Assembly: GCF_006345805.1 (NCBI RefSeq)
Contig: NC_043008.1
Span: 68,696,001 to 68,760,000, forward strand
Length of the DNA: 64,000 nucleotides
Origin: Octopus sinensis
Lineage: Eukaryota
Direction of reading: 5' to 3'
Position 1 is the first letter of the stretch; every line of letters begins with the position of its first letter. Below are positions 42,321 to 56,400 of this stretch, piece by piece. The position numbers were made by a program, and so were the translations under genes. The notes under the pieces are model-generated. The model was not told where the DNA came from. It made no database searches and saw only the letters and a program-made list of their open reading frames with translations.

Positions 42321-43291
42321 CGTATTTGTTTCCTTAAGATTGTAAAAGCAATGTTTGTTTCAGGTTTTCCTTCCGTTGGTGCATAACCCTATTCTGACCG
42401 AGTGAAATTTTAGCTTGTCTTTTGATTTACTTCTCCCTCTATGCATTTGTGTCAATATCCATTATAGCCTGGTTTCATCCCCCAAAAGCTTTAAAAATTG
42501 CATTGGATCTTTAGTGAGAATCTTTTAATTTTCATCGCAGCTTCATCCATATCATATGCACGTTGAGGCGTTTAAAGTAAAAAGTTTTTGTTATTCGGGT
42601 CCACACCATAGAAGACCTGCGATTATCTGGCATTCCCAAATATAAACCATGTTAAGTGATTTCTGCTCTGACCTCTATAAGTTCAACCTGAAATTCACAA
42701 AAATTATTTGCGCAATAAAGAATTATATCTCGTACCATGCGCCATTAATATTTTCCAATGAATTCTTTGTTGAAGTTTAATAGCCTTTGCTCTCAACCTG
42801 TTTTCAATAGTCTGAACAAAAGTTAGCTCTCACTCTTAATCCATTGGTTGCACCAATGATGTCATATTCTCTGATAAAAATACAACATTAACGCGTTGTA
42901 TTAAGTCAGAAAGTGCATTTGAGCGATCAAGGGCTTGGTCTAAAATTCAAGAAAAACCATTCTTGAACTAATCTTTAAATATAAAATTTCTGAACGTAAT
43001 GTTCTAATGTAACGTTTTTCTATTAGATAAATAAACTTGTTGGCAGGAATACTCACTGAACTCTTTAAGGCGCATGAGATTTCTGATAGCTACCATAGCA
43101 GAGAACGATTTAACAAAGATCACGTGTTTAAAATAGTGAATCAGGAAAATACGTCCAGTCATAGCTGAAAGAAGACAATGAAAGTGAAGAGAAAATTATA
43201 AGGCAATAGTTTTACTTTCTCATACACAAGTAGAATACATACATACAAGCATGCATGTATACATACATACATACATACATACATACATACA

Positions 43292-43325
<34 letters not shown>

Positions 43326-43389
43326 CATACATACATACATTCAAACATAACTGTATTCATTTGTACGCAAGTGCATGTATAAATATATA

Positions 43390-44170
43390 CAGGGTGTCCG
43401 GGTTATATTTGACGATTTTATGTCTCCTGTTTTTAGGATCAGCTTAAAGTATTGGTGAATAGTCAACGGTGTTGAAGAGCATAAATTTTAGCTTTTGTTG
43501 AGAAAAATGTAGCTGATACGGAGGATTGGAAGCCATCTGAATATTGGAAAAAAGTTATGTGATGCATTATGATTCGTGTGGGTATCAAAATGCCGACATC
43601 ATGACTGCTGCTCAATGCTCTGTGAACTCTGTAAAGGCTGTAAAATGTGACATGGACAGCTGCAGTGGAGATTACCAAACTATGGCCAGCAGAAAGGGAC
43701 ACAGCAGGTGTTCTGACTGCATCTGCACGCCTGACTTCATACTCACATCTTTGAATTCAGACCAATATGTGGTCAATCCCTGGCTGGAGAGAGTTACTGC
43801 TGGAAGGCCATATGTGTGGCAGTGGGATTCGGCTTCTTGCCATAACTCTGGAAAGAGTGAGAAGTGATTGTCAGAGAATTTCTACGACATCACCAGGTCC
43901 AATTTCTGGCCTCCTAATTCCTCCGATTTTAATCTCATGGATTAATATGTGTGTGACACCAACCACTCTGCATACAATATCTAGCCGAACTACTGGCCAA
44001 GATCATGGAGATATTTGAAGATCTTCCCAGAGACTCAATGAGGGTCATATGCATTAGGTTCTGGAACCATTCTCAGTGGAAGCTGAGGGCGGCTATTTTG
44101 AGAAAACTGTTATCTCCTAGCCACAGTGTTGTCATCTTTTGTTTTTTAAAAATACTTTTATTTTTAGAAG
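43390..44170 (+). mobile_element. Internally deleted Tc1/mariner-superfamily (DD37D/maT-like) transposon fossil
   Basis: TA|CAGGGTGTCCGGGTTATATTTGAC left end; remnants YVWQWDSASCHNS (QQDSAPxH) and FWPPNSSDFNLMD (WPPNSPDLNPLD); homologous to 62150-63400. Confidence 0.75.
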
Positions 44171-44620
44171 GTATATCGTTTCCTTTACCTTTTATGAAAT
44201 GTCTGTCGTGAAACAAATTAATTATTTCTTAACGAATCCCAAATCATTCCGGAATAATTTAAAGGTAAAACAGAGAGAATCGATGAAAAAAGATGGCGAA
44301 AGAAGGTTAGTTGTAATGAAATGGTAAACATCTATCCTTCTCTTCCTGTTTCACACACGAATTCTTTCTTTCTTTCTCCCTTTCACACACATACATACTT
44401 CTCACTCATTTTATTTTAAAATACCTTGTAGATACAGTATACATTAAAACACTAAAACTATAAAAAATTCCTTATATAAAAACAATATTTTAGAAAATTT
44501 AATATGCAGGCGTGGCTGCGTGGTAAGGAGTTTGATTCCCAACAATATGGTTCTGCGTTCAGTCCCTCTGTGTGGGACCTTGGGCAAGTGTCTTCTACTA
44601 TAGTATCAAGCTTCCCTCAA

Positions 44621-44680
<60 letters not shown>

Positions 44681-44681
<1 letters not shown>

Positions 44682-45087
44682 TATGTTTGACTTTTGCTTT
44701 ATATTTGTACAAGTTGGCTCCAAGTCTCACCCAGAGACCTCAAGAGACAACAGGGTTGGAAGTTCATGTTGTTGTTATGCCTAGTGTGCCATATATTTGG
44801 GGGGTGGGGGTGTTGTACTAATGAATGTCTAAAAAATTTTTTTTTTTTTTTAAACCGAAAATTATGTTTGTTTTAAACCTTGAGATTACATAGAAAGTAT
44901 TTTGCGTAGGATATGAGCAGTTCCCATGAGCACTATCTTTTGAATTTCTGCCATTTTGGGGTTTCCTGGTATCTGAGTTAGGTAGCTATCTGCCCCTTTT
45001 GCTATCATTCCCAGGGCACCTATGACAATAGGTATTGTTTTAGTCTTCAGCTTCCACATTTTGCTGATTTCTATTTCAAGATCTTTA

Positions 45088-45089
<2 letters not shown>
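44681..45089 (-). mobile_element. Young 5'-truncated R4/Dong-clade LINE inserted in (AAT)n
   Basis: Uninterrupted YKDLEIEISKMWKLKTKTIPIVIGALGMIAKGADSYLTQIPGNPKMAEIQKIVLMGTAHILRKILSM* (45089-44886) plus 3' UTR ending AAAGCAAAAGTCAAACATAG; (ATT)n on both flanks (44621-44680, 45090-45162). Confidence 0.85.
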
Positions 45090-45166
<77 letters not shown>

Positions 45167-45539
45167 GTGTGTGTGTGGTTCTTGAACATCCATCATTGGG
45201 ATCAGGTCTGAATGAAGATTTGCTATATGCTAACAGTTGAAAATTCAAATTTTAAAAGAACTCCCAAAATTTGTGAACTTACAAGTTATTCATTTAAACT
45301 GAATTTAAAGTAATACCATACTGGTAGGGTACCGATAAATGCTTTATTAATATTGCTCCCTGTGGTCTTGGGCCACAGGATCAATTAACCATCCGCAGGA
45401 GCTAGTTTAAAAGTCCGCACAGAGTGCAGCTTGTAAGTTTGTCTTAAATACAATGGAACAGCTTTTGGATATCTCTGGTCAAGGCTTTCATGATCGAGGC
45501 ATCGTAGACGTGCCAAAATATTAGTGTAGTAAATGAAGC

Positions 45540-45800
45540 AAAAACAATAGGTTTCTTTATTATGAATCCACTAAGATGAAGTGGTCGTGTCGTTCAGATT
45601 AAAGACAAGCAACTGCGGAAGAAAATCTCCAAGATTTAGCTCAAAGAAGACTAAAGAAATTTAGGAAATTGAGGTGGACAACAGAAGGTAATGAGAGATA
45701 TCTTAAAAGCCAACTTTGAGATGTGAAAATCGATATCAGCAACTGAGAAAACAATGTAGGAGGCAGGGAACGGCACAGTAACATTCGAAGTCGACAGATG
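45540..45800 (+). mobile_element. Possible degenerate RTE-clade LINE C-terminal fragment
   Basis: CTAAGATGAAGTGGTCGTGTCGTTCAGATT resembles LRWSGHVxR, followed by RTE-like ..D.LK...DI..WE remnants; heavily frameshifted. Confidence 0.35.
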
Positions 45801-47479
45801 CGAAGAATTGTAAAAAAGAAAAAAAAAATCTACAATCTGGAAATATTTATTCTGAATGGAGAAGTTTGAAAGTCAACATCGAAGTCATATAGATCATCTG
45901 AAAGTCCATAAAATATAAAGTTATGGACATTCACCTTGTCTGTATATACGTAGTATACTGGATTTGCACGAGAAAGTTCTATTTTTAATCTAATGAAGAT
46001 GACACTGCTCGGAAATAAAGTTGATTGGCAGAATCGCTTGAATTTTTCCTTTCGGTAAAAGAAAGTACCAGTTATGTGCTGAGGTTGATTTATATTGTTT
46101 GGTACATCCTAAATGCGAATGTAGTAAGAACAGGTGTCATATCACTCGAAACGCAATATTACTAAATATTTATAAAAAAATATTTTTAACTCTAAAGATT
46201 ATTCTGAAAAATTATAATTTTATATACGACACCCACTGTCAGACATTTAACAGAAAGCAGTGTTTTAACAAGATCTAGGAACAATAGACAGGAATGTAGA
46301 CTCGATGCACTGAAGTCTGTGTTAAATCTCAGTAAAGACGAACTTTGAACTTGCATTTCTTTGAAGATTCGAAGGAATAGTTTGTAGTAATACATACACT
46401 TCTGAACACTACCTCCTTAGAAACATTGATCTGGTGCCTGGTGGAAATAAATCACAATTATTTATTAAGGAGAGGGCGTTAGGTAGAAACTGTAGGCTCT
46501 CAGAACAAATGTCTTCGTTATTTAGCTTTTTCCATTGCTTTGTACTCGTTTAGGAGTTAAAGAAAAACCAGTGGAAGAAAGCACATCTCTAGAAATATAA
46601 CAAAAAAAACTAATCCAAAGATCCAGTCTCCGCTAAGACATCACCACCAACATTACTACAGCTAATAATAATACTGACTACTAGCACCACTATTACTACT
46701 TCCTATAATAATTGTTTCTAATTTAGGTACAAGACCAGAAGTTTTGAGTGAGTTGAGCGGGGGTTTTTTCGATTCCATCATTCTCACAGTTGACAGGTAC
46801 TTTATTTTATCGACTCTGGAGGTATGAAGAGATGAATGGCAAAACTGAGTAAGTTTTTGAACTCGAAACATAAACAGCAAGAACATATACAATTAAACAG
46901 TTTTTCTACCTTCTAGTGACTCTGCCGTATCACCTCCCCACAGGAGCTTCTAATGTAGGTACAAGGCCAGCAATTTTGAGGGGAAAGCGTCAGTCGATAC
47001 TACCGTCAGTATTTGATTGGAAAGATATAAATTGAAGTTGAGCGCTGCGGGAGTTGAACGCAGAAGATGAACGGCAGAAATACCGCAAGGCATTTTATAT
47101 GGGCGCAAGATAGAGTAAACCTGACTTACTCAATCCCATCATATGACTGGCATATATTTAACTAAACATCGAAAAAAGAACAACAATGACGAATTTGAAA
47201 TAAAAACGAGAAGCTCAAAAGTAAACGCTGAGTTGCTTTGTCTGGCGCGCTATCGATTGAGTATAACAATCATGGTTTCAAAGGTACAAGGTCTGCAATT
47301 TTAGGAAGAATGGTTGGTATTCTATTGTATATAAAGTTTATGGTTGATACTCTATTTCGTTGACTCGAAGGGATGAAAGGCAAAGCCGACCACGATGGGA
47401 ATCGATCTTAGAATATAACGAGTCGTAACTAAATATCACAACGTAATTTTTCCGACAGTTCAATGAATCGGAAATTCAT

Positions 47480-47860
47480 TCCAAAACCACCACCACCACC
47501 AGGCGAATGAGCTCTGGGATCTTGTGGATCATGTCTGGTTTAATGTGGAGTAGCGCCTCCACACTGATCCGAGACACACTTTTACGACGAGTTTGCTTCA
47601 CCTTCAGGAGGCTGTTACTCCCGTCCAAAACAATGCACGCTAAAATCCACCATAAGTTTACCTCCGATGGAATTCCTGATTTCTTTATCCTCGCCGTCCT
47701 CCTTCCTAAATTCGATGGATGGAGCATATGTTTTTCCATTCGACAGGGAACCACGGAGTATTTGATGGTCAGAACTTCCGTCTTGAAGAGCACTGCCTAC
47801 AAACTGCTTAGCTCTCAAGATATGCTGAATGTTGGGCATTATCTCCTCCAGTGACCTTCC
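47480..47860 (-). mobile_element. Possible HERO/NeSL-type RLE retrotransposon fragment
   Basis: NIQHILRA...ALQDG...HQILR (zinc-knuckle flank) and LHIKPDMI (RLE RPD motif) in shifted frames. Confidence 0.4.
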
Positions 47861-48725
47861 ACATCTGCTTGACTAGTTGTCTCCGGCTGCTTTGTGTTTA
47901 TAGGAATACATTTATAAATTACTGTTTTCTTGTGTTTCTTCCAACACCTTGGTGAGGTGTGGCGGCAATGTACATCTGCGCTTTTTCCTGCCTTATCAGT
48001 TTGATCGCTTGGACCAGACATATATTCTTCTGAAGGATGTCCATCCTGTACAGCACTGTGCCTTTTGCAGCCGTTGCTGTGAATGTATTATTATTGTTGC
48101 TGATGTTGTTATTCACAATGGAAATATTGTTGCTGTTTAAGTTGGGGGTAACTGTTGTTTTTGTTTTTTCCGCTATCATAATTTATGTCGTTGCAGTGGT
48201 GTTAGTGGTGGTGGAGTTGGTGTAGCCGAGCTCGTAGTCTTGTTGTCGCTATTAGTTGATGCCTTTGCTATTATCTCACTGAGGGAAATTTTGTCTCATA
48301 ACTGGAATTAAATTTCCGTGCTGTGCTGTTGTTGTTGTTGTTGATGTTGCTATTTCTTATCATAGTTAAAGAGTGGTCCGCTGTACTTTAAACTTTGTGA
48401 GTGCTTACCTCCCCTCCCATCTAAGGGTAGAAAGCGGGGGACTATAACTTGTCTTGCAACTCACTATCAAAGCTACCTCTTACTCCCTCTATGTCTGCTA
48501 GCTAGGAGGTCGACGCAATAATTGTTTATAAAATTATTTTTCCAAAACAAAATGAATATTTTCTTTTCGAAATTGACACCCTAAAGGAGCACAAAATAAC
48601 AAACAAACCACACCTATACACTGATGGTGGATTTAATAATCGTTTTAATAAAACAACAACTTTTGGAGACAGAAATTAAAGCAATACTCTCACGAGCGAA
48701 AAGACGTCTTCGGTTGGTACGGATA

Positions 48726-48786
<61 letters not shown>

Positions 48787-48884
48787 TAATAATAATAATA
48801 ATATTAACAATAATAATAATAATAATAATGTTAACAACAACAACAACATCAATGATAATGATAACAATAATAACAATTCGCAAG

Positions 48885-49510
48885 ACCAAGCTTTGGCCAC
48901 GAACCGGTGGGTTAATCTTAGGAATGAGCAAGTGTCTCCGATGTGCTGCATCTGCAACAGAGTAGATGGAACCATTGTCCATATCACGACCGAACGCCAT
49001 TAGACATGCCCAAAACCACTACGAGTTGTGGCGACACGACCAGGTAGCGAAAGTGCTACATTGGAAACTGTGCGAAAAGTGGGGACTATAGAGAGGCAAG
49101 ACGTGGTATGAGCACAAACTGCAGAGAGTGGTGGAGTCGGAGACCAGCAAAACCCACTGGGATTTCCCAATCTAAACAGATCAGGTGCTAGAGCAATGCA
49201 GACCAGACATAATGGTGGTCGACAAGATGCACCACAGGTGCTATATAGTTATAGCTGCATGCCCCTTTGACCCACAATAGTCAAGAAGGAAGGCATAAAG
49301 ATAGATAGATAAAACCCTCCTAAGTACGAAATAGCCCGGCTATGTAAAATGAAGAAAGTGAGGATAAGGCCAATTTTTGTTGGGTCCTTGGGGACAGTAT
49401 CAGAAGAGGAAAATCAAGTAAATTGGAATAGAGTGACCAGTAGAACTGTTACAAAAGATTTGCCTTCTGGGCACGGCCAGGATCATCAGGAAGGTACTAG
49501 ATGACTGAAA
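48885..49510 (+). mobile_element. R4/Dong-clade LINE 3' fragment (zinc knuckle and RLE)
   Basis: SPMCCICN...HI...WRHDQVAKVLHWKLCEKWG...WYEHK..WDFPI.TDQVL..RPDIMVVDK...ACPFD...VGSLGTV...LLQKICLLGTARIIRKVLD; flanked by (AAT/AAC)n and (CTA)n. Confidence 0.85.
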
Positions 49511-49563
49511 AGAATGAATAGCATGCTACTACTACTAAATCTACTACTACTACTACTACTATA

Positions 49564-49635
<72 letters not shown>

Positions 49636-49649
49636 ATAATAATAATGAT

Positions 49650-50080
49650 AATGGTATAAAAGACGGGCAAATATTCTGCTCAATACCACAGTTGTTTGAC
49701 CTTAACCAGTTGAGCATGTCCCTTAATGGCTGACGATATGTGCACCTCTGATCACGAGCAGAAGTAGTGGTTGAGTATCATAGCTATGGGTCGAGAAGAG
49801 TTCTTTGGGATTTGGATAATTCACCTCTGGAGACATGGGTGTTTGGTTCAACATCCTTAATCAACCATTATTTAGGAACCTTTTGAGTGGGATGGGCTAC
49901 TCGACCAGAAGAAAATTCTAACTGGGTCCCCACCTGCAAGTTCATGCGCTGTTTATCTTGATATGAGATCACCATGTCGCGCACATATAGTTGTGATGCA
50001 TGTGTCTGGTGTACCGATATCAGAGAAGTAATCATGATGGGTATACTGGGCTTCGTATATTTTACCCTAGTGCTCTCTCA
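49650..50080. mobile_element. ~550-bp microsatellite-flanked repeat family (copy 3)
   Basis: Same diagnostic strings as 15395-15945. Confidence 0.75.
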
Positions 50081-50230
50081 CTCAAAAATAAAAATAATAA
50101 TAATAATCCTTTCTACTGAAGGCACAAGGCCTAACATTTTGGGGGAGGGGACCAATAATAATAATAATAATGATAATAATAATATCAACATCAACAACAA
50201 CAACAACAACAACAACAACAAAAACAACAA

Positions 50231-50269
<39 letters not shown>

Positions 50270-51148
50270 TAATAATAATAAATTCAAGGAGGTGAACATC
50301 TGGCCTTCTCTTCATGCTCACCTTCCCTCCTCTTTCACTTCACTCTGTTCCTTTCATTTTTTCTCGCCCCTCCTTAATTCTTCATCCCTCTGCTTCCACT
50401 TCTCTCTCTTCTCTCCCCACGTGACCGGTGTTCGGCCAAACCTCATTTTTCTTTCTTGGCTCGACTACTATCCGTGCAACATCTATATTCCTCCCTGTAC
50501 CTGTCAAATCTTATGAGCCTGCTGTAAGGCTTTACTTCCATACACGCCAGCTTAATTTAATTCGTATTTAGTCGAAAGACACCTGTTGCTATGTCCTATT
50601 ATTTGTATTTGTGTACAATTTCTCAGTTTTTTTCCGTCCTTGTTTTCGTATACATTCGCTGCTTTCTTCCAAGGAATCTAGTGCTCTTAGCTTAGTTTTT
50701 CCTTGGGGCTGGCCAGATTAGAGCAATCTCGAGCCGAAATTGCAAAGATAAACTGGAACTCGACTGAGGAAAGAAAACTCCGGATGACCCGTCCTTGTTT
50801 TCTTTACATCAACTGTTTTGTTGTCCCTTTTTGTATCACCTAACTGTCTGGATGTTTTGTTATCCCTCTTTTGTATCACCTATCTGTCTGGATGTTTTGC
50901 GTTCTTGTCCCATTTTTGTATTTTTTATATATAAAATATAGCGGCGTACGTACACTTTGGTCTCTTATATGTAATTATATATATATATATCTAAATTTTG
51001 CACGATTCTATTATTCTTTCTATTCTTTCATTCTTTCCTTCTTTCTATCAGCCCCTTCACACTTACTTCGTTCATTCCACTCTTCGTTCTTTCGTTCCCC
51101 CTCTCTCACATATCCTGGCAATCTAAAGATTCTGCCACCTCGCCGCCT

Positions 51149-51191
<43 letters not shown>

Positions 51192-51917
51192 GAAAATGGC
51201 AAGAATAGATGGGACCGTTTCTAAGCATACACCTGTAGGGTGTGTCCTTGGTGTTAGAGCTGATACCGGGTCTGTGGATTTCTTAGTTAGGTCAGTCCAG
51301 GGCCAATATATTTGTTCCAAGCGAAATCTAAGCGTAAAGGAGATGGGTTATGTAGAACAAAGCGTTAAGCCAAGAAACACCACTACAACGACCCAGCCAG
51401 GAACATTACTGGGATTGAACCCATGACATACGATGTTGGTCCAAGCCTCAACCACTTGGTGAGCCAACTTCTGTAAAGATCATTACACCTCACACACACA
51501 GACACACATACACACTCATAGTCATGCGCATGCGCACATGCAACTAATTTTTTTCTGGAATTTCAAAAAAAAAAAAATATTTCTCAAATATTTTGATCCA
51601 TCGAATTATGCTTTTCATTTGAAGTCACAGAAAATTTTCTTTTATTTCTTTCTGGAATCATTGAAAAATGTTGATTATTAACTGGGGGAAAATAGCAAGG
51701 AACGAAAGAAAAAGATTGCGAATACATGCACGCACACAAACATACATACATACGCACATACATACATACATACGCACATACATACATACACATATGCACA
51801 TATAAACACATGCACATACAGAAAGCGGAAAGAAATGGTTTCGTGTAGAATTTTTAGGAAAGCTCTTTTTCTTTCTTTCTTTCTGTCTTTCTTCCATCAT
51901 CATCATCATCATCATTA

Positions 51918-51968
<51 letters not shown>

Positions 51969-52109
51969 ACATCTTCCTTTGGCTGTCGATATGAAAGCGG
52001 TTGAAGCAATTTTAAGAAAAAAATGTAGGAAGAAAATTAAAAACAAAAAGAAAAAAAGCAAAATTCAACTTCAAAACATAATAATAATAATAATAATAAT
52101 GATAATAAC

Positions 52110-52174
<65 letters not shown>

Positions 52175-52250
52175 CGATAATAATAATAGTAGTAACTTGA
52201 AAATATTATTATCATAGTAATAACTTAAATATACTACTACTACTACTACA

Positions 52251-52305
<55 letters not shown>

Positions 52306-52811
52306 ATAATAATAATAATAATAATAATATCTAACTGAAAGAAATGAAAATAAAAAATGAAATAAGATGAAAAAATTGGTAAAGAAAATGGCCAACAAAA
52401 GCCCGCCAATCTTTGATAATATCTATGACACACTTCTGTAATTTTGGTTCAGTTTGTATAGTGATGTGATCACGAACTTCAAATTAAAATGCTGGCAATA
52501 CACTCACTTATGAATTGAAGAGACTCTCCAGTTGATCATAATGAAATGGTGAGCATCAGTCACGATGGAACACACCTCATCTATTATAGGAGATCAACTC
52601 CCCAACCATTGATCACCTTTTTCAAGTCCACTGCAGGACCGTGTCACGATTATGTTTTATGTTGGCGGCAACACATAAATGAAAAGATAAAGATAAAAAA
52701 CCCTCAAAAAATTGAAAACAAAAACAAACAACTAAAAATAAAGTCAAATGAAGAAAGATAAAAGAAGAAAAAGAAAACCCATAATATAAAAATATAATTA
52801 ACAAAAGGTGA

Positions 52812-52814
<3 letters not shown>

Positions 52815-52855
<41 letters not shown>

Positions 52856-52899
52856 TAATAATAATAATCATAATAATAATAATAATGATAATAATAATG

Positions 52900-52972
<73 letters not shown>

Positions 52973-53457
52973 CAACAACAGCTAACAAAATGGATGTTAA
53001 GGATAATATTGGTGTTGATAATGATGATTGCGAAATACAATGGGTAGCTGGCGACGTTGTTGAAGGAGTTGTGGTGTGTTGCAAACTAAAAAATAAAATA
53101 AAATAAAATATAAAAAAGTATCTAAACGAAAATGCAACAAAGATAAATTTTATATATATAATATAATATACGTATATTATATATATGTGTGGATATGTAG
53201 TATGTGTGTGTGTGTGTGTGTGTGTATGTGTCCACATCAATATAAACTGCACACACATACATACGTACAGTCACACACACACACACGCGTACACACATAA
53301 CTTATGTCCTCACAGACAGATCATAACAAATACTGTAGCCATGTTCTTAGAACTTTTGTTGATTATGTTCTTGTTATTATAGTAGTAGTAGTAGTGGTAG
53401 CAGCAGCAGCAGTAGTAGTAATAGTAATAGTAGTAGTAGTAGTAGTAGTAGTAGTAA

Positions 53458-53502
<45 letters not shown>

Positions 53503-53560
53503 AAGCAGTAGTGGTAGCGGTAGCAGCAGCAACAGTAATAGTTGTAGTAGTAACAGCCGT
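52815..53560. repeat. (AAT)n (52815-52985) and (AGT)n (53375-53560) microsatellites
   Basis: Directly visible. Confidence 0.9.
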
Positions 53561-53915
53561 GTTAGTGGTGGTAGCCGTTGCTTTGTGAAAAAAACAACAA
53601 GCTCGCCGAAACCACAACAATTTATGTTTAAACTCTGTTATTGTTTCTGTAGCTGTTGCAGTCACATAGTTATTTCTGTGTCGATAAACTAACAATAATA
53701 AAAGTCATACAAGGCATACAACAAAACTGTGTATAGTTATTGTCATGTTATTGCTGTTGTAGTAATCGTTCTTGTGTTCAACAAAACAATAAAACACACA
53801 TACACCCATACACAAAGCCATATTAAATTTACGTTGTTATATTATAGCTACTGTTGTTACGTTGATAAAAAAGGCAACAATCAAGCTTGACGCAATAATG
53901 TATGTGTCTGTGTAT

Positions 53916-53962
<47 letters not shown>

Positions 53963-54001
53963 ATACAATATAATATTATATACATGTATATATATATATA
54001 T

Positions 54002-54073
<72 letters not shown>

Positions 54074-54173
54074 ATATATATATATATATTATATATATAT
54101 ATATATATACATATACATACATACATACAATACATACATAGATACATACATATATATACACACACATCCACAC

Positions 54174-54204
<31 letters not shown>

Positions 54205-54207
54205 CAT

Positions 54208-54289
<82 letters not shown>

Positions 54290-55879
54290 GCACACACGTA
54301 TCGCATGTATTTTGTTCTAGATGTGAAATTATATATAAAAAAAAGATGAAAACAACAAAAGATCAACAAACATAATACGGCTGAACCACAACGAAGAATA
54401 TATTATAACAAAGTTGGTTTCATTGCTGTAAATGTTTTAGTTATTGTATTTATTGTTCATGTGCCAGGAAAACCAAATGAACATAAACAGTTACAATTAA
54501 ATATCACGTGAAAAACATTTTCATAAACTATGCTTTTTACATTAGTGCATACTATATAGACATACGTACTGAGTACAATTTACTTAAGCAAACACCAAAC
54601 ATACCAATTAACCCCAACAGTAAAATTGTATCCCTACTTAAAAGCTCAAACATGAACTCTGTTGAATAAAACCCGTCTCAAAACTTTTGTGTATTATATA
54701 TATTTTTTAAAATATAATAAACGTCGAAAAATGGAGTCGGCGATATTAAAATTATAACTTTGTAATCATTTCAACAGTTCATATTTTGCCCAATCTCGTG
54801 TCATGCTCATTAACAAGTCACCAGTTATTGAATTATCTATATTCATTTTGCAAATTATCTTTCCTAGCGCTTATGGGAATTGTTTCATTAGAACAACCGT
54901 TAAAACATTACACACTCACACACACATTTTTTTCAGTATTCAAATGAATCAGGTCTTTAAATAGTTAAAGCACCAAGGTAAAATCGGGGATAGTGCACCT
55001 GTGTAGCGACCATGTATACTGACATATACATACTTACTAAAGTAAATAAGGATTTGTTCTTCCAGTTATGCATATATTCACAACTGACTGAATCCACAAA
55101 GTATCATCGAAGTCATACAGAGGTACACTTACAGCTCGTATTCCACCGTCGACTATAGACTCCAGATCCTAACGAATGGAAGGATTCGAGTTAGGTGATG
55201 TATATATACATCCAGAATAAATTATCTAACAGAATATATTTGGAACATGATGCATTAAGTAAATTACACAATACGCGTAGAGCATATATCACAATATTAC
55301 AGTATCGACCAGACCATCAGATGCTGTTTATACTGCTAGTCACAATGCGCTTCCAATTCTGTTTTGATTGCGCTATTCTTTTCCATCTCGACCGAAATGC
55401 TTAAATCGTTTTTTCCAAAGAGAATAAAGGCAGGATAGAAGGCATTTAAGTCAAGTATGTGCTCAAAACAAAGCTTAACAACACCATACGTGGCAGTCTT
55501 TTCTATAACACCGTTCTAACTGCACTCTTATATATCTTCAATACAATCTAAGTGAATAACTTTCAATATTCACGGTGCACTATGTTCCAGTGGAGTACAA
55601 TAGACTCGTTAGTACGCAAGCCTTGTAGACCCTCAGTTTGTGGTGATACTGCTATTTGCTCAGACTCTCTTTTCAAGCTTCCCAAGTGTTACGGATGTCT
55701 TCTCAATATGTAATTGTATTTTTTCATCTAGGGAGCCATCTTTCGACTAGATGCTGCTCGTGTGAACAAAACTGTCAACTATGCCTAAAACTTGTAGGGA
55801 ATACTTCAATATCTGACACGACATAAGGTTCAATTGGTGCAGGTATGAACTTTTGAAGTCAAAAGGCCGTGTATGAAGC

Positions 55880-56400
55880 AGCAACCCACAGCACTAACCA
55901 GTTCAGATATAATAACAACCAAATCCTAAATAACTCTGCGAGTCTGCATAACAACAGTATAGCAAACAGGAACCGAGATGCAACGAGAACAGCAGACTGG
56001 CCGGGAATAACAGTATGTCTCTATAACAACGTGTGGGATAAATTAAGATGCCCGTTGTGTAACCTCTGTACGAGTCGTAACCTCGTATATAAATGCACTG
56101 TACACATACGAGGAGGCCCATATGTGTATATAGGTACAATGGTCTATACATTTAAGAAAAGATTCGCAACCATATCTCAAGCTTAAAAAACGTAACTAAG
56201 AGACGTGTAACATCGCTGTCGGAATTTTGTGGTAATTAAAATCAGACAACATTAATTATGAACTGTCCTGGACACATATAAGACACGCTCAACCATACAG
56301 CCTACTTTCCAGGTGGTGTGGGTTGTGCTCTGAAGAATCTTTGTCCATTCAATTAACTACAGAAAGAATTATCAACTAATTATCCGAAAGGAATGCACGC
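55880..56400 (+). mobile_element. Penelope-like GIY-YIG endonuclease fragment
   Basis: CPLCNLCTSRNLVYKCTVH..GGPYVYIGTMVYTFKKRF, then a frameshifted LS..IW.LK..I.YEL.W..C.LC.EE region. Confidence 0.75.

Noticed and set aside
42370-43030. Protein-like minus-strand text (ILTKDPMQFLKLLGDETRL*WILTQMHRGRSK)
   Set aside because: It contains stops and matches no family I can name; needs a BLASTX/HMM search.
50695-50795. Two possible hammerhead remnants (..GCC-GAAA-TTGCAA; CTGAGGA..CTCC) in a PLE-end-like repeat
   Set aside because: Each lacks half of the catalytic core; not callable without a consensus.
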